Positions 34,796 through 46,112 of a stretch of DNA of 64,000 bases are shown piece by piece. The stretch is from Mayamaea pseudoterrestris. Taxonomy: Eukaryota. The position numbers and the translations under genes are program-made. Numbering within the stretch: the stretch's first letter is position 1; each line of letters opens with the position of its first letter. Location: positions 1,364,001-1,428,000 of the forward strand of contig BROI01000003.1 of NCBI GenBank assembly GCA_027923505.1, given 5' to 3'. The notes beneath the pieces were generated by a model, which saw only the letters and a list, made by a program, of their open reading frames with translations, was not told where the DNA came from and did not search any database.

Positions 34796-37700
34796 ATGCG
34801 ACGACGAAGAGTTGTGAGCCGCCATCGTCTGTCAACATCATCAGTGGTCTGTTTACTCTGCTTCTGTCCCATGCTGACCGCATCATGGCGTCCAGCAAGT
34901 ATTTTTAGAGGTAGATATGTCTTACATCAAGTTCCAGGTCCAAGACAATCCCTATCGAACATGCAGTCAGCATCGCTTTCGTCGTTACACGATGAACATG
35001 AAGTCGACTGCCGTTTAGAGCACACAATCCAAGAAGAAATACAGCGCCTCAACAATAATCAACAAATCAACCTGAACAGTCCAAAACAGGTGTCAACAGC
35101 AATATTTGGCAATGTACAAAGTACCTCGAGACAAGTACTGGAGCTGGCGGCGCAAGGCAAGATTGCGTCCTTGTCGTCGACACAGCAGCAATTGGCGGCC
35201 TTGGTGCAGCAATACCGAGACATAGTTTCTGCCAAGAAGAAACAATATGGAAAGCTGAGTATGGGATCGATGCACGATTTAAATAGCCGGCAATCTGCTT
35301 CCACTGATCAGGCGAGAAGCTTTTCTACGAGCGCATTGACAGAGTCTGTGGACGACGCTGGCTCCAACGATGATACAGCATTTGAGTTCATTGACGCGCC
35401 ACTGCCAGCGACACCTAAATTTCATCGCGACCTTTCTCCATATGAGCAGCAAGTCAATACTCTTTTTGATCGACTTAAGACAAAACTGGATCCATACTGG
35501 CGTGAGCCACTGTTGCGATTGACTCGACCGACGGCACGAAATCTTGTCAATCAACTTGATCCACTACAATGCCCCATGGGATTTGATCCTATGGCATCAC
35601 CAGCGAGTCCGATGATGTTTGCAGGCGCGGATTTACTCAACGAAGACGAGGAAACTACCGCTAATTTGGTTCGTACAAAAACGACCACTGCTGGCAAGAA
35701 GGGATCCTTCCTCGCATATTGTCGCGAGCAAAAGGAAAAGTACCCAGACGTTATTCTCCTCACTCGTTGCGGCGACTTTTACGAAACATACGGCATTGAT
35801 GCAATACTCCTCGTTGAACACTGTGGCCTCAACGCCATGGCTGGCAAGGCCAAGGCTGGTTGTCCCATTCGCAACGTGCAGGCAACGCTCGACTGTTTAA
35901 CGACGCAGGGCTTTCGCGTTGCCGTCTACGAGGAAGCATGCGATACAGATGCCAGTCGAGGGACGGCGGCAGCGGGTGGACCAAAATCAAGAATCAAGAA
36001 TAGATTCTTGGCGCAAATCGTGTCGGCGGCGTCGCCAACCTATTTGTATGACCTTGTTTTGCTTGGAAATAACGCAGACTTGTTAGGCAGTTCATCGCCG
36101 CCACCACGTCCATACGTGGGTGTCATGTCGCTAGATGCTGGCTACACGCTTGTTGAAATCAGTGTTGAGGAGCAAAGTGTTCGAGTGACAGAACGGCTGA
36201 CTGCTGAAGCTGTCGCATGTCGATTGGCGGCGTATCCACCGGCAGACCCTCTGATGTATGTGCCATCCATGGCAGAATATCGCTCGTCGAGCCGATTATC
36301 GCTTCCTTTTCTGCCGTCCAAGATGGATTACGTCGATAGTGGGCCAGGAGCGAGGCTGCGAACGCATATAATTCCTCCAACTCTTGTCGAAGAGGCAAGT
36401 GGAAGAACGAATGATCTAGAGCGGGCAAAGGACATCATTCTAATTGCTCTTTTACGCATGACACAAGCCGATGACATGACTAACCTAGACATGCAAGCTG
36501 CTTCAAGAGACGACTTTACACTTGTCAATCCGGCTTCCGTAGGTGGGAGTTCTGCAGTAACCTATACCCACAGCCTACACAAAGAAACTGCATCACAGTT
36601 GGGATTGATGGGTGACAAAGCAATTCCCCCGCTTGTATCCTATCTTGTGCCTGAATCTGCACCCGCTGCCACTCGCCGATTCCTTCGGCGCTATCTGTTA
36701 ACGCCACCCCCTCCAGTCGTCGCCGAAGCAATGCGAGACCTGGTTTCGCATTTGAAAACGACTGGGTCATCCATGCCTCCACTGTGCGTGCCTCCAATCG
36801 GCAAAGTGCTGTCATTGCTACGAGCAAGTCAAGCGAGCGCAGAAATTTATCGAGAGTTAATTGACACACTGCAATCCACAGAGGCAGTTCTTGATTCTCT
36901 AATGAAAGAGACAGAGCAACCGCAAGTCATTGAATCTCTAATGACGTTAATTGAGTATGAAAGTGGAATGGCGGCTAGTCCCATCTCGGTCAAAACTCGC
37001 TGCAGGGACGCAAGTGATGCCATTGCTAACGTTGTATACGCGAGTATTCCATCAAATTTAGATACGAACAGTGAAGAATCAATGCGGATAAGTAGAGACG
37101 ATGCGGTTCCTTCCGCTTTTTTTGAACGAAATGAGTCGCCGTGGAAAGGTCGAGTCCGCTACGATACCATGCCGAAATCTTATGAGGCTGTCCGAGCTGC
37201 TGCCACTGGTCTTGCTGATGCAATCCGCCTGGATTTTGAACCTGATTCAAACTCGGTTTTGCAGGATATATTCAATAACCTTCTCTTGCTTCGCGATATA
37301 CCTAAGATGGCAGATGACAAGTCTAAGTACATTCATCCGCGTGACCGATTCGGCAAGACGATTCGTAACAGATACACGACGGACCGGGTGCAGGATGCTG
37401 TTAGCAGCTACGTTGATGCTTGTGAAAGAGCAAAACAAGAGGTGTCGGCGGTATTGATCAAATTGAGTCTAGCGCTTCATGAAGATGGGCATATGCCAGC
37501 CATTGTCCAAGCATCCCACGCTAATCTGCTCATTTCTGCAGCATTCCATCATGCCGCTAATGCAAACCATCTTGGTTGGAACATTGCAAAGATGTACGAA
37601 AACTCTTCTGATGACAAGGCAGCTCGTTTTGTTGGATTGTGGCCTTACTGGATGGATCGAGTCGAAGGAGTTTCAAACACGTTCGATCTTGACGGCATGT

Positions 37701-38734
37701 GGATACTGACAGCCCCGAATATGTCGGGCAAGAGTACTATTCTGAGATCAACAGCCGCAGCAAGCCTACTGGTGTCGTGTGGTCTCTGTGCTCCCGTTTC
37801 TGCTGGATCTTCCGTACGGCGATTCGATCACATTTTTGTGCGCGGCGCATCTTCGGACGTTCCCACCGAAAATAAATCAGCCTTTGGTGCTGAGATGGAA
37901 GACATAGCGTCGCTGTTAAGGTCTTGTGGTGACCGGTCACTGGTGTTTGTCGATGAGCTCGCCCGCGGAACAAGTCCACGCGACGGAACGGTTCTTGCGG
38001 CTGCTGTTTTGGAAGAAATGGCTGGCCAAGGAATGAGCGGCATTTTTGCTACGCATCTTCACGAACTATTGGATCTCCCACTGCAGAATGCAGATAGGAT
38101 ACAGAAAAAGAGAATGGAGATGCAAACTGAGCATGATGATCACAGTACGCGTTACAAGTGGACTTTTCACCTTGTAAATGGTGTCTGCTTAGACAGCTTG
38201 GCACTTGAAACGGCTCAGCGATTTGGGGTCCCAAAAGCTGTCCTCGACCGAGCTAAATCTTTTCGGACGCAGCTAGCAGGAACTCTAGCGCCCGTCACAA
38301 ATGTGGCAAGTTTGCGAAGCGGGGGCGATGACGCCTCAAAAATAGTCAGAGGTGTGAACAGTCAACAAGATGTATATGAAATTGTGTCCATGACTGTACA
38401 AGCAAACCTTACAATGATACCTTCCAGTTGGGTCCCTCCTGCGTCGCTCGAGGGAACGTCATGCGTGTATATCATGTCTCTATGCGAAACAGGATCAGAA
38501 GCCAGAAAGTATTACGTTGGCGAGACTGATAGTTTGAGGCAACGAATAGAGCAACATCGTGCCAAAGGAGATAGCTGGTCAAACGCAGAAACTATTGCCA
38601 TTCCAGTATCAGAAGGCAAGACTGAGGCTAGAGCGCTTGAAAGCTTGTTGATACGAACACTGGCAAAGGCTGGTGTCGATCTGGTTAGTATAGCCGATGG
38701 ACGGTCCGCGCGGCATCAAAACAGAATACATTGA
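34796..38734 (+). CDS. MSH1: MutS homolog 1 (organellar MSH1-type: MutS + C-terminal GIY-YIG)
   Basis: GDFYETYGIDA mismatch motif, TAPNMSGKST, LVFVDELARGTS, FATHLHEL, CVYIM...YYVGETDSLRQRIEQHR. First ATG at 34796, with a hydrophobic presequence. Confidence 0.92.
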   Translation: MRRRRVVSRHRLSTSSVVCLLCFCPMLTASWRPASIFRGRYVLHQVPGPRQSLSNMQSASLSSLHDEHEVDCRLEHTIQEEIQRLNNNQQINLNSPKQVSTAIFGNVQSTSRQVLELAAQGKIASLSSTQQQLAALVQQYRDIVSAKKKQYGKLSMGSMHDLNSRQSASTDQARSFSTSALTESVDDAGSNDDTAFEFIDAPLPATPKFHRDLSPYEQQVNTLFDRLKTKLDPYWREPLLRLTRPTARNLVNQLDPLQCPMGFDPMASPASPMMFAGADLLNEDEETTANLVRTKTTTAGKKGSFLAYCREQKEKYPDVILLTRCGDFYETYGIDAILLVEHCGLNAMAGKAKAGCPIRNVQATLDCLTTQGFRVAVYEEACDTDASRGTAAAGGPKSRIKNRFLAQIVSAASPTYLYDLVLLGNNADLLGSSSPPPRPYVGVMSLDAGYTLVEISVEEQSVRVTERLTAEAVACRLAAYPPADPLMYVPSMAEYRSSSRLSLPFLPSKMDYVDSGPGARLRTHIIPPTLVEEASGRTNDLERAKDIILIALLRMTQADDMTNLDMQAASRDDFTLVNPASVGGSSAVTYTHSLHKETASQLGLMGDKAIPPLVSYLVPESAPAATRRFLRRYLLTPPPPVVAEAMRDLVSHLKTTGSSMPPLCVPPIGKVLSLLRASQASAEIYRELIDTLQSTEAVLDSLMKETEQPQVIESLMTLIEYESGMAASPISVKTRCRDASDAIANVVYASIPSNLDTNSEESMRISRDDAVPSAFFERNESPWKGRVRYDTMPKSYEAVRAAATGLADAIRLDFEPDSNSVLQDIFNNLLLLRDIPKMADDKSKYIHPRDRFGKTIRNRYTTDRVQDAVSSYVDACERAKQEVSAVLIKLSLALHEDGHMPAIVQASHANLLISAAFHHAANANHLGWNIAKMYENSSDDKAARFVGLWPYWMDRVEGVSNTFDLDGMWILTAPNMSGKSTILRSTAAASLLVSCGLCAPVSAGSSVRRFDHIFVRGASSDVPTENKSAFGAEMEDIASLLRSCGDRSLVFVDELARGTSPRDGTVLAAAVLEEMAGQGMSGIFATHLHELLDLPLQNADRIQKKRMEMQTEHDDHSTRYKWTFHLVNGVCLDSLALETAQRFGVPKAVLDRAKSFRTQLAGTLAPVTNVASLRSGGDDASKIVRGVNSQQDVYEIVSMTVQANLTMIPSSWVPPASLEGTSCVYIMSLCETGSEARKYYVGETDSLRQRIEQHRAKGDSWSNAETIAIPVSEGKTEARALESLLIRTLAKAGVDLVSIADGRSARHQNRIH

Positions 38735-38796
38735 CCCATATTAAAAATAGAATAGAAATTTATACGACAAAAAACAATCACTGCTCTTTGTAGCAA

Positions 38797-41118
38797 TTAA
38801 TTGGGCTGCGTTGCCTTCCCGGATTGAAGCTTTTTTCGCTGATGAGAAAGCAGTTGCTTCAACATTCCTTTCAGATCCTTCCGATAAGTGTCTCTGGTAC
38901 CCGCCGGGACGCTCATACGGTAACGAAGCTCTTCCGTCGTCAAGTTTTCGGACAGCTCAAGGAGTGTTCCCAGAACTGTCCCAATATGATTTGGCGCGAT
39001 CTTGTCAGATCGCATGGTCAAATAGTACCACTCTCCAGTTTCCGGATCAAAACCGACTTCCGCAATGTTTCCTCCATCTTCAAATCGATCCGCTTCGAGC
39101 TTCATCCGCTCACTCCTCGGCAGCGAAACGTGCCTCGTCATGTCAACCATTGTCTGCTCCTCCCCAAGACAGCCGACACGCATAACATTGTCGCCGTCAC
39201 TATACAGCAGAGGTAGCATTTCCAAATCAATCGTCATTGTATCAAGATATTTCCACTTGAAAAGCGCCACATCAGTACCCATGACATATGGCCGATTTGG
39301 CTGAAATATTATACCATCCGTCAAGTGATTGTGCAGGTCGCCGTTACGGTAAATGCGCATGCCCCGTTCCTCCACCACGTGCGACAAGAGCTCGTCCAAG
39401 TCGGTCCGCGCCACAAAGTTCTTGCGCACCAGCGGTAGTGCTACCGACAAATCGGCAACAAGCTTAGGATCAAACATGTCGCGCGCAGCAGTCGGAGTTC
39501 GAAAGGTGGCTTGCTTCAAATGTCGCAACCGCTCCTCGAAAGGTAGATGCAGGACCGGTTGTGTAGTTGAGATACTCAAAACATCAAAGACAATGAAAAT
39601 TGGTCGAGGTGTTCGACCCCGTCGATTCATCACCACCTCGCCATCGAAAACTGTCCCAGGCTGAATCAAGCTTAATATTGGCGCAAACGGATCATTTCTT
39701 TCTGCTGCACCAGCATTGCCATCACCGCTACTACTCGCTGGAGCGACTGGCTGCTTGCCGCGCATGGCTCGATCCACCAGGACGGCAGTGTCGCCAGTAA
39801 AAACCAACAAATGTCGAACACCATCCGTCTTTTCACTCAAATAATATGCATTGCTCGAGCTGCGTTGTATTTCGTCAAGATTATGCCGCGAAAAATTGAC
39901 AGGCATACATCCCGGAAATTTAATATTGGATAATGCAGCCTTTGGAGTCTTGTCCGATTTGCCAATCGGAGAGTCATATGTTGATGAAGCGGAGCCACCA
40001 GAATTCTTGAAGGCGTCCATGAAATGCTTCAACGCTCCACACTGCGCCAATGCTAGTCGAACCGCCGGCCCATTGGGGTGATCGCGCAACGTCTCCTCCA
40101 CATTGAGTGGGTCGGCCAGTGGATTGAGTTGCGAAAGCACCCACCAAAGTTGCTGCGCCAACTGAGTCGTCAACTTTTGCACCTTTTCCGCACTCTCCTC
40201 GTTCACAAGCTGCAGCATGACTGATTCTATGAGCTCCAATTCAATCTCGTAGTTAATTTCTGCTGGCTGTGAGTCGTTCTTGTAAGTGGTAGTGACTTCA
40301 GTGACGTCAATCTGCCATGCAATGGACTTGTCGCGCCTCGAGTAGGATCGACGACGCTTGATGCGTTTGACGGTCCAATTGGGCGGAGGCTGATTTTGAA
40401 CGGCAGCATCCACAATCTTTTCCGATGCGAGACCAATTCTAATGTCGTATGAGGCTGCCGGAACGCAAAAGTCCATGTTTGTCAGCTTTTCCTTCGTTTC
40501 CATCTTGCCAATCATATTCGCCAACGCTTGTTGCGTCGCTGGAGGATGCTCTCCGGCAAAGCAAACCCGCTGACTCTGCACATATCCAGCATAAACTGTT
40601 TCCGTATATTCCACTTCCACCAAGTCTCGCTTCAAATGCAAAGCATCACTCACTCCAAGCGCCAGCGCCAATGGACCAAGGTCGCTGACTCCAGCCTGCG
40701 TCCACTGCTGAAAGTGCAATCGACTCACGCCTGGCTCCATTTGACACTTTGGCATGACGGAACTGCAGTCAAAGGCTGACACCACATGATTGGCGTGACG
40801 CTTGGCGCCGCTGGAACAAACGCGTCGGTCTGGAGATGCACGAGGAACCTTTAGTAATCCCAATCGAACTTCGACTTCGCAAAATGGAGTTTGAATGGGA
40901 AATTGCTGCTGCGGCATGCTTTCTCGAGCATATTTGCGCGCCGACGTTCGACATTGCGTGAGGAAAATATGAAGAGCCTTTTCTGGCTGGACGGGAGTTT
41001 GAAGATATGGATTCTGATGGCGTTGGCTGCTGTGTGAGGATGTTCCTGCCGTCGCTTGGTCCAGTCTCGCCTTCTTTTCTACCATTGCATTAATGTCAAA
41101 TCCCGAACGTTTCGACAT
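38797..41118 (-). CDS. Bifunctional mRNA capping enzyme: CYTH/TTM RNA triphosphatase + guanylyltransferase
   Basis: TTM motifs EVEVRLG, WQIDVTEV and YEIELEL. GTase motifs SEKTDGVRH, VFDGEV, FIVFDVL, DGIIFQP and LFKWK. Confidence 0.9.
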   Translation of the reverse strand: MSKRSGFDINAMVEKKARLDQATAGTSSHSSQRHQNPYLQTPVQPEKALHIFLTQCRTSARKYARESMPQQQFPIQTPFCEVEVRLGLLKVPRASPDRRVCSSGAKRHANHVVSAFDCSSVMPKCQMEPGVSRLHFQQWTQAGVSDLGPLALALGVSDALHLKRDLVEVEYTETVYAGYVQSQRVCFAGEHPPATQQALANMIGKMETKEKLTNMDFCVPAASYDIRIGLASEKIVDAAVQNQPPPNWTVKRIKRRRSYSRRDKSIAWQIDVTEVTTTYKNDSQPAEINYEIELELIESVMLQLVNEESAEKVQKLTTQLAQQLWWVLSQLNPLADPLNVEETLRDHPNGPAVRLALAQCGALKHFMDAFKNSGGSASSTYDSPIGKSDKTPKAALSNIKFPGCMPVNFSRHNLDEIQRSSSNAYYLSEKTDGVRHLLVFTGDTAVLVDRAMRGKQPVAPASSSGDGNAGAAERNDPFAPILSLIQPGTVFDGEVVMNRRGRTPRPIFIVFDVLSISTTQPVLHLPFEERLRHLKQATFRTPTAARDMFDPKLVADLSVALPLVRKNFVARTDLDELLSHVVEERGMRIYRNGDLHNHLTDGIIFQPNRPYVMGTDVALFKWKYLDTMTIDLEMLPLLYSDGDNVMRVGCLGEEQTMVDMTRHVSLPRSERMKLEADRFEDGGNIAEVGFDPETGEWYYLTMRSDKIAPNHIGTVLGTLLELSENLTTEELRYRMSVPAGTRDTYRKDLKGMLKQLLSHQRKKLQSGKATQPN

Positions 41119-41614
41119 TGTTTATGTTTGATAGTGTAGGTAGGCGAAGATGGTAAGGCAAGGAGCCAGAGCAATCGACGGGATCAACGCCCGCACAAAA
41201 AAAATGGAGGGTCGGACCGAAAATGGGTGGATGTCGTACTGGGAATGAACTTCAAGTAGTGGATCGTGGCTGGAACATGCGCTGGGCCTCCGCAACCAGG
41301 ACCTTGAAGTTTCTCCGCCATTGAACGCCTGAAACGTCAAGATCGGATCCATCAATGGGCTCGAGAGGTTGTTCCGCGGCGCATCGTACATTCGAGTGCA
41401 GTGTCAAGCAAGCAGATTGAGCGACGGCTGCTTGTTCGCCTTCTCACTTTGCCTCCTCCGTGCCATCATCGCGGAACAATCGAGCCTCTCGCGTCGTTCC
41501 AACAAACCCTTCAAGTGAACAACGCGACATTAATGTTCCAGAGTTGCGCCATTGTTTGATTGCTGATGAGGTCTTGGAACAATCGGCCAAAATCAAAGCA
41601 CTTGACTCGACACC

Positions 41615-42580
41615 ATGAATCGGATACTTGCCGCTGCCTCCTTATTACTTGCGACGACTAGAATAATACACGGCTTGCAATGCCCATTTGCGCATTTGCA
41701 CAAGCTGCAACAAGGAGCTTCGTCGGCGACTCCTAAAATAGCAGAAGCACCATTCGTCGCATTCAAGGCAAAGTTCAAGAGTCCATTGCAGCAGCAGCTC
41801 ATTGCATCCGAGTACATCAACGGCGACGGCAGCCTCCTCCTTTCACCACTGGAATCATGGGCTTACACTCGCTTGGAAACAACATATTCGCAAGCATTGG
41901 AAATCAAGTGTCCGTTCTTTCGACGACGTGCCTCCGACGTTTTGGATGGCGCCGAAATGATGCTTCGATTCCTGCTGGTGAGACACAAGTCACTGATTGC
42001 AGTGCCTCCACCAATGGCGTGGCGATGTACGGCTGCCGTTTGTCTTCCAAAGAATATTGGCATTTCCATGGAGGACGCTCGTCAAGTCATACTAAATGAT
42101 TGGAAGCAATCGACCAACAAGGGTTACTACATTACAGGACGACTAAATACAACCATTTATCGAGATGACTGCTTCTTTGATGGACCAGATCCAGACATGC
42201 CAGTCAAGGGCTTGCGCAAATACCTAAACGCCGCGTCGCAGCTGTTCGACCAAGCCAAGAGTCGTGCCGAACTGCTGAGTCTTGACATTGTTGAAACAAA
42301 TGACGACGAAAACAACAGTAGTAATCGGCGCGTCATTGTCGCCAAGTGGAGAATGAACGGCGTCCTTCGCTTGCCGTGGAAGCCCAAACTGCCCAATTGG
42401 ACTGGCACGACTACCTACTACTTTGACGAGAATGGAATGATCTACAAACATCAGGAGACGTGGGACATGTCGGTCATGCAGGCCTTTCTGCGGACGCTGT
42501 GGCCGCGGCTCGCGGAGAAAATATGGAGGAATAATGGAGACAGAGAATCTCCTACAGCACCAGCAACTAAGCGACGGTAG
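41615..42580 (+). CDS. DUF2358/NTF2-like protein with signal peptide
   Basis: YYITG.L...IYRDDCFFDGPD, WRMNGVLRLPWKP, HQETW. Confidence 0.8.
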   Translation: MNRILAAASLLLATTRIIHGLQCPFAHLHKLQQGASSATPKIAEAPFVAFKAKFKSPLQQQLIASEYINGDGSLLLSPLESWAYTRLETTYSQALEIKCPFFRRRASDVLDGAEMMLRFLLVRHKSLIAVPPPMAWRCTAAVCLPKNIGISMEDARQVILNDWKQSTNKGYYITGRLNTTIYRDDCFFDGPDPDMPVKGLRKYLNAASQLFDQAKSRAELLSLDIVETNDDENNSSNRRVIVAKWRMNGVLRLPWKPKLPNWTGTTTYYFDENGMIYKHQETWDMSVMQAFLRTLWPRLAEKIWRNNGDRESPTAPATKRR

Positions 42581-43102
42581 CGACAGTGTATCGTCATGAC
42601 AAGTACCAAGATGCACTGTCGGCGCCATTCCATAGATTTCTAATACATAGAGAGTTTTTGCATGTTATCTGTCATACCAGCAGTTCCGGCTCTGTGTACG
42701 TTGTGTTTACCGCGTGCTCATGTCATGAACTTTGTAATTCATTGACGATAGTGTCTCCAATGCCCACATCTATGGTGCTACTGCCATGTTAATGATAGGG
42801 AGAATCGTGGGGAAGAGGTGAGTCGAGATGGTACTTTTCCTTGAGGCGCCTCATTTGTTCGTATAAAATCATCTTGTAGGCCAATCGAGACCTTGGAGCC
42901 TCCTCATACTTTTCGTACAGAATCACATATTTCTCCATGGCATCATTATATTCCATATTCTTGATTGAATCAGTAACAATCTTGATTGACGTAGCGGCGC
43001 CCTTTGCCGCCACAGACTTGCTCCGTTTCCTGCTTGCTTGGCAGTCACCGTATCCACCACCACGTTACGACCATAGTCAATCATAGGCCAGAGAACGAAC
43101 CA

Positions 43103-43423
43103 TTAAATAAAGCCACTGATTGCCCAGAACCGAGCCGTACGTCGCGTGCTCTCAAATGCATTCTTGAGATGGTTTTTAACATGCAGTCGAGCTGTTTGTC
43201 GGGCGTTTTCGATAGCATTATTGATATAGTGTTTCGGAAAATGTAATCGAGCTGTTCGTCGCATGCTCTCAATGGCATTCTTGACACGGCGTTGTGGAAA
43301 ATGCAGTTGCGTCGTACGTAGCGTGCTTTCAATGGCGTTTTTGGCTTGGGTCTGGAACCGAATATTCTTGAAGGAATTCATATGACATGCTATGCTGCAA
43401 CCTTCTTGACAATCTCTGCTCAC
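43103..43423 (-). other. Degenerate ~60-bp (20-aa) coding-like repeat, part of a possibly decayed gene extending to ~42789
   Basis: KNAIESxRRTARLHF-like unit four times in one frame. Stop and frameshift downstream. Confidence 0.4.
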
Positions 43424-43798
43424 GCCAATCGTTGATATCTGTTTAACATTTCTATGTTGCTCAGAGAATATTCATTTGGGTAATGGTCCGTTTCTGTTCG
43501 TGATAGCGATAAGCAATGATGCTGATCGCTGCGCGATGCGCGCTTGCGGTAAAACCGTGAAACGAACCAATGTCAGTGCTAGTGCGACACACAAGCGACA
43601 TTTTCGACAGTGCTTCTTCGACGTTCAAGGCCATCAACTTCCATCCTTCATTGCACGTCCGACAATCAGCCCGACCATTTCAGTGTAAAGTCATCTACTG
43701 TTTACCCATAAAAAAGGGAGGACTGGAAATTCTGCGCTCGAACTGGACTTGCGATAGTCTCGCAGACAGCCACCAGATAAAGCACCAAAACCAGCAAC

Positions 43799-46024
43799 AT
43801 GAATGACGACGTTATTATCGCAGATTACATAGACTCTGGCCTCGTCAAGTTACCAGACGAGAAACATACAATTCATCGCTGGACTATTCATTCCGGAGCA
43901 GCAGTTCGACGTGGAGAAACAGTAGCGCTGGCCGTCTTGAATACGACACGAGGATCCAGCAATGGTGCCTTAACTTATTCGACGACAAGTGCCGCAGCAG
44001 CAACGATGGATGCAGCTCAACCTGCAGCTTCTAAAGGACATAGGCGACCCATGAAACGTTCTAGACCAGTACCAGGAGCCGCGCCTGGAGCTACATTTCT
44101 TGCTTCGGATCCAAGGTTACGAACGACGGAGGCGCCAGCAGCCGTTAGCATTGAAACTGTACCAATACTCGCCACAACGGACGGAATTCTTCGCATCATC
44201 GAGGAAGCAACACGTAATGCATCCCTGGTCGTTGGTAGAATAGAACCATGCACGCATCCGACGGTACTTGGCAAGCTTTGCGCAGTCTGTGGACAGACTG
44301 TGACGAATGACGCGCGGACAGTCTCTGCTCCACCAAATGACACATTAGTCAAAGAAAATGGGTCTAATGAGAATCACAACAGCGAAAGCAGCACCATGAC
44401 TCGCATGACTGTATCAGGTGGATTGACGGTTTCCATATCGCACGAGGAAAGTATTCGCATGGCGCAGGAAGATGCCCAGCGAATGCTCAAGCTCGGCAAA
44501 CTTTCCCTCGTCTTGGACCTTGATCACACGCTAGTTCATGCGACGAATGATATACGCGCGGCCGAACACTTGGATCAAGAAGATGTTAGATCAATATTGC
44601 TGCCAATGACGGAGGAGGCGGTTGGTGGACCGCCATTTGCAATGCACGACAACAATTCGCAGCAAAGTAAACCACTCATGCAGCATTTTATCAAGTTCCG
44701 ACCTCATTTGAAAGCTTTCTTTGAGCGACTACAGTCACATTACGAGTTTGGTGTCTACACGGCTGGAACGCGCAACTATGCTGAGCAAGTCTGTTTGGTG
44801 ATTGCCAGGTTTTTGGTCGGCGCGAAATACGATGATATACATTTGCTGGATTTGAGGCATCGCATATTCAGCATGGAGCATGATTTGCATCTGCGACAAG
44901 GGCAAGACGAAATGGACGATGATGCAAAGCATGATTTAGTGTCTATCGATGGCGAAATACAGCCAACGCAAGAGGACAATGTCATCGACGATGGAAGAGA
45001 AGCACCAAAGAGCAAGAAACGAAAAGTTACATTCGGTGAGCCGGCAGCAGAATTAAAAAGTGATCATGCCACAGAGGATCGGCTCGCTGAATTACGGGCT
45101 GAGATTACGGAAGCTGAACGCATGGAGACGTTGGCGCAGGAGATGCGGCAAAAGATATTTGGAAGTCGCGTCGTCTCTCGAACTGATGTGGGGGATTTGG
45201 GTCGTGACGTCAAATGCCTGAAACGAATTTTCCCTTGTGGTGGTGCCATGGCGGTGGTGGTGGACGATCGAGAGGATGTATGGGCACGAGCGCAAGGAGT
45301 CATCTTTGCGGATCGTCCCGGCGAACCGCCAGATAATTTACTGCTGGTTCGTCCCTACCATTGGGACACGTTTGATGGCTTTGCGGACGTAAATAATGCC
45401 GCTGGTGTCGACCTGTCCAACTTTGGTGACAAGCAGGCCCGGCATCGCAGCGAGCTTGACTTGCAACTGCTGTGGACGTGTAATGCCTTAGTCCGACTCC
45501 ATGAGGAATACTACAACCGAGTCGAGGCTCACCAGGAAGCTACCGTTCCCCAAATCTTGGCTGAAATGCGGCAAAGGGTTTTGTCGCAGGCTCATATTGT
45601 GTTGTCGGGGCTTGTTCCGCTGCTCCATCAACAAAGGATTGATTCTGATAAGCAGCCTCGACCAGCTGTGGTCCGCTACGTGGAAAGTCTTGGAGCGACG
45701 CATCAAACCATTTTAGATACCTCGACGACACATGTCATCGCCTCCAAGGATGGAACAGACAAGATCATAAGTGCTCGTAGACTGCCCGGCTGCTTCGTCG
45801 TAAAACCGTCATGGCTAATGGAATGTGTCTGGTCGCTCACTCGACGAAACGAGCAAGCCCATTTGTTGGGACCGCCGCCTACTGACAGGCATGTGGAACT
45901 TCAAAATCAGGAAATCAAAGGTCACCGGACCGAAGCGTATACGGGTGCCTCGTCATCCAGTAGTAGCGACGAAGAAGATGATGACTTGGCAGCCGAACTT
46001 GCCAAGGAAATGAGCGAGAAATAG
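43799..46024 (+). CDS. FCP1: RNA polymerase II CTD phosphatase (FCP1/CTDP1)
   Basis: CTHP....LCAVCG, LVLDLDHTLVH (DxDxT), VVVDDREDVW, C-terminal BRCT (VKPSWLMEC). Confidence 0.93.
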   Translation: MNDDVIIADYIDSGLVKLPDEKHTIHRWTIHSGAAVRRGETVALAVLNTTRGSSNGALTYSTTSAAAATMDAAQPAASKGHRRPMKRSRPVPGAAPGATFLASDPRLRTTEAPAAVSIETVPILATTDGILRIIEEATRNASLVVGRIEPCTHPTVLGKLCAVCGQTVTNDARTVSAPPNDTLVKENGSNENHNSESSTMTRMTVSGGLTVSISHEESIRMAQEDAQRMLKLGKLSLVLDLDHTLVHATNDIRAAEHLDQEDVRSILLPMTEEAVGGPPFAMHDNNSQQSKPLMQHFIKFRPHLKAFFERLQSHYEFGVYTAGTRNYAEQVCLVIARFLVGAKYDDIHLLDLRHRIFSMEHDLHLRQGQDEMDDDAKHDLVSIDGEIQPTQEDNVIDDGREAPKSKKRKVTFGEPAAELKSDHATEDRLAELRAEITEAERMETLAQEMRQKIFGSRVVSRTDVGDLGRDVKCLKRIFPCGGAMAVVVDDREDVWARAQGVIFADRPGEPPDNLLLVRPYHWDTFDGFADVNNAAGVDLSNFGDKQARHRSELDLQLLWTCNALVRLHEEYYNRVEAHQEATVPQILAEMRQRVLSQAHIVLSGLVPLLHQQRIDSDKQPRPAVVRYVESLGATHQTILDTSTTHVIASKDGTDKIISARRLPGCFVVKPSWLMECVWSLTRRNEQAHLLGPPPTDRHVELQNQEIKGHRTEAYTGASSSSSSDEEDDDLAAELAKEMSEK

Positions 46025-46112
46025 AGTAGCGATATTCTTGAATTCAGTGGTTTTAAGCTGCTACGCCAATATTAATAACAATAAATGTTATTGTAGGTTA
46101 TTCAACCTTTAT

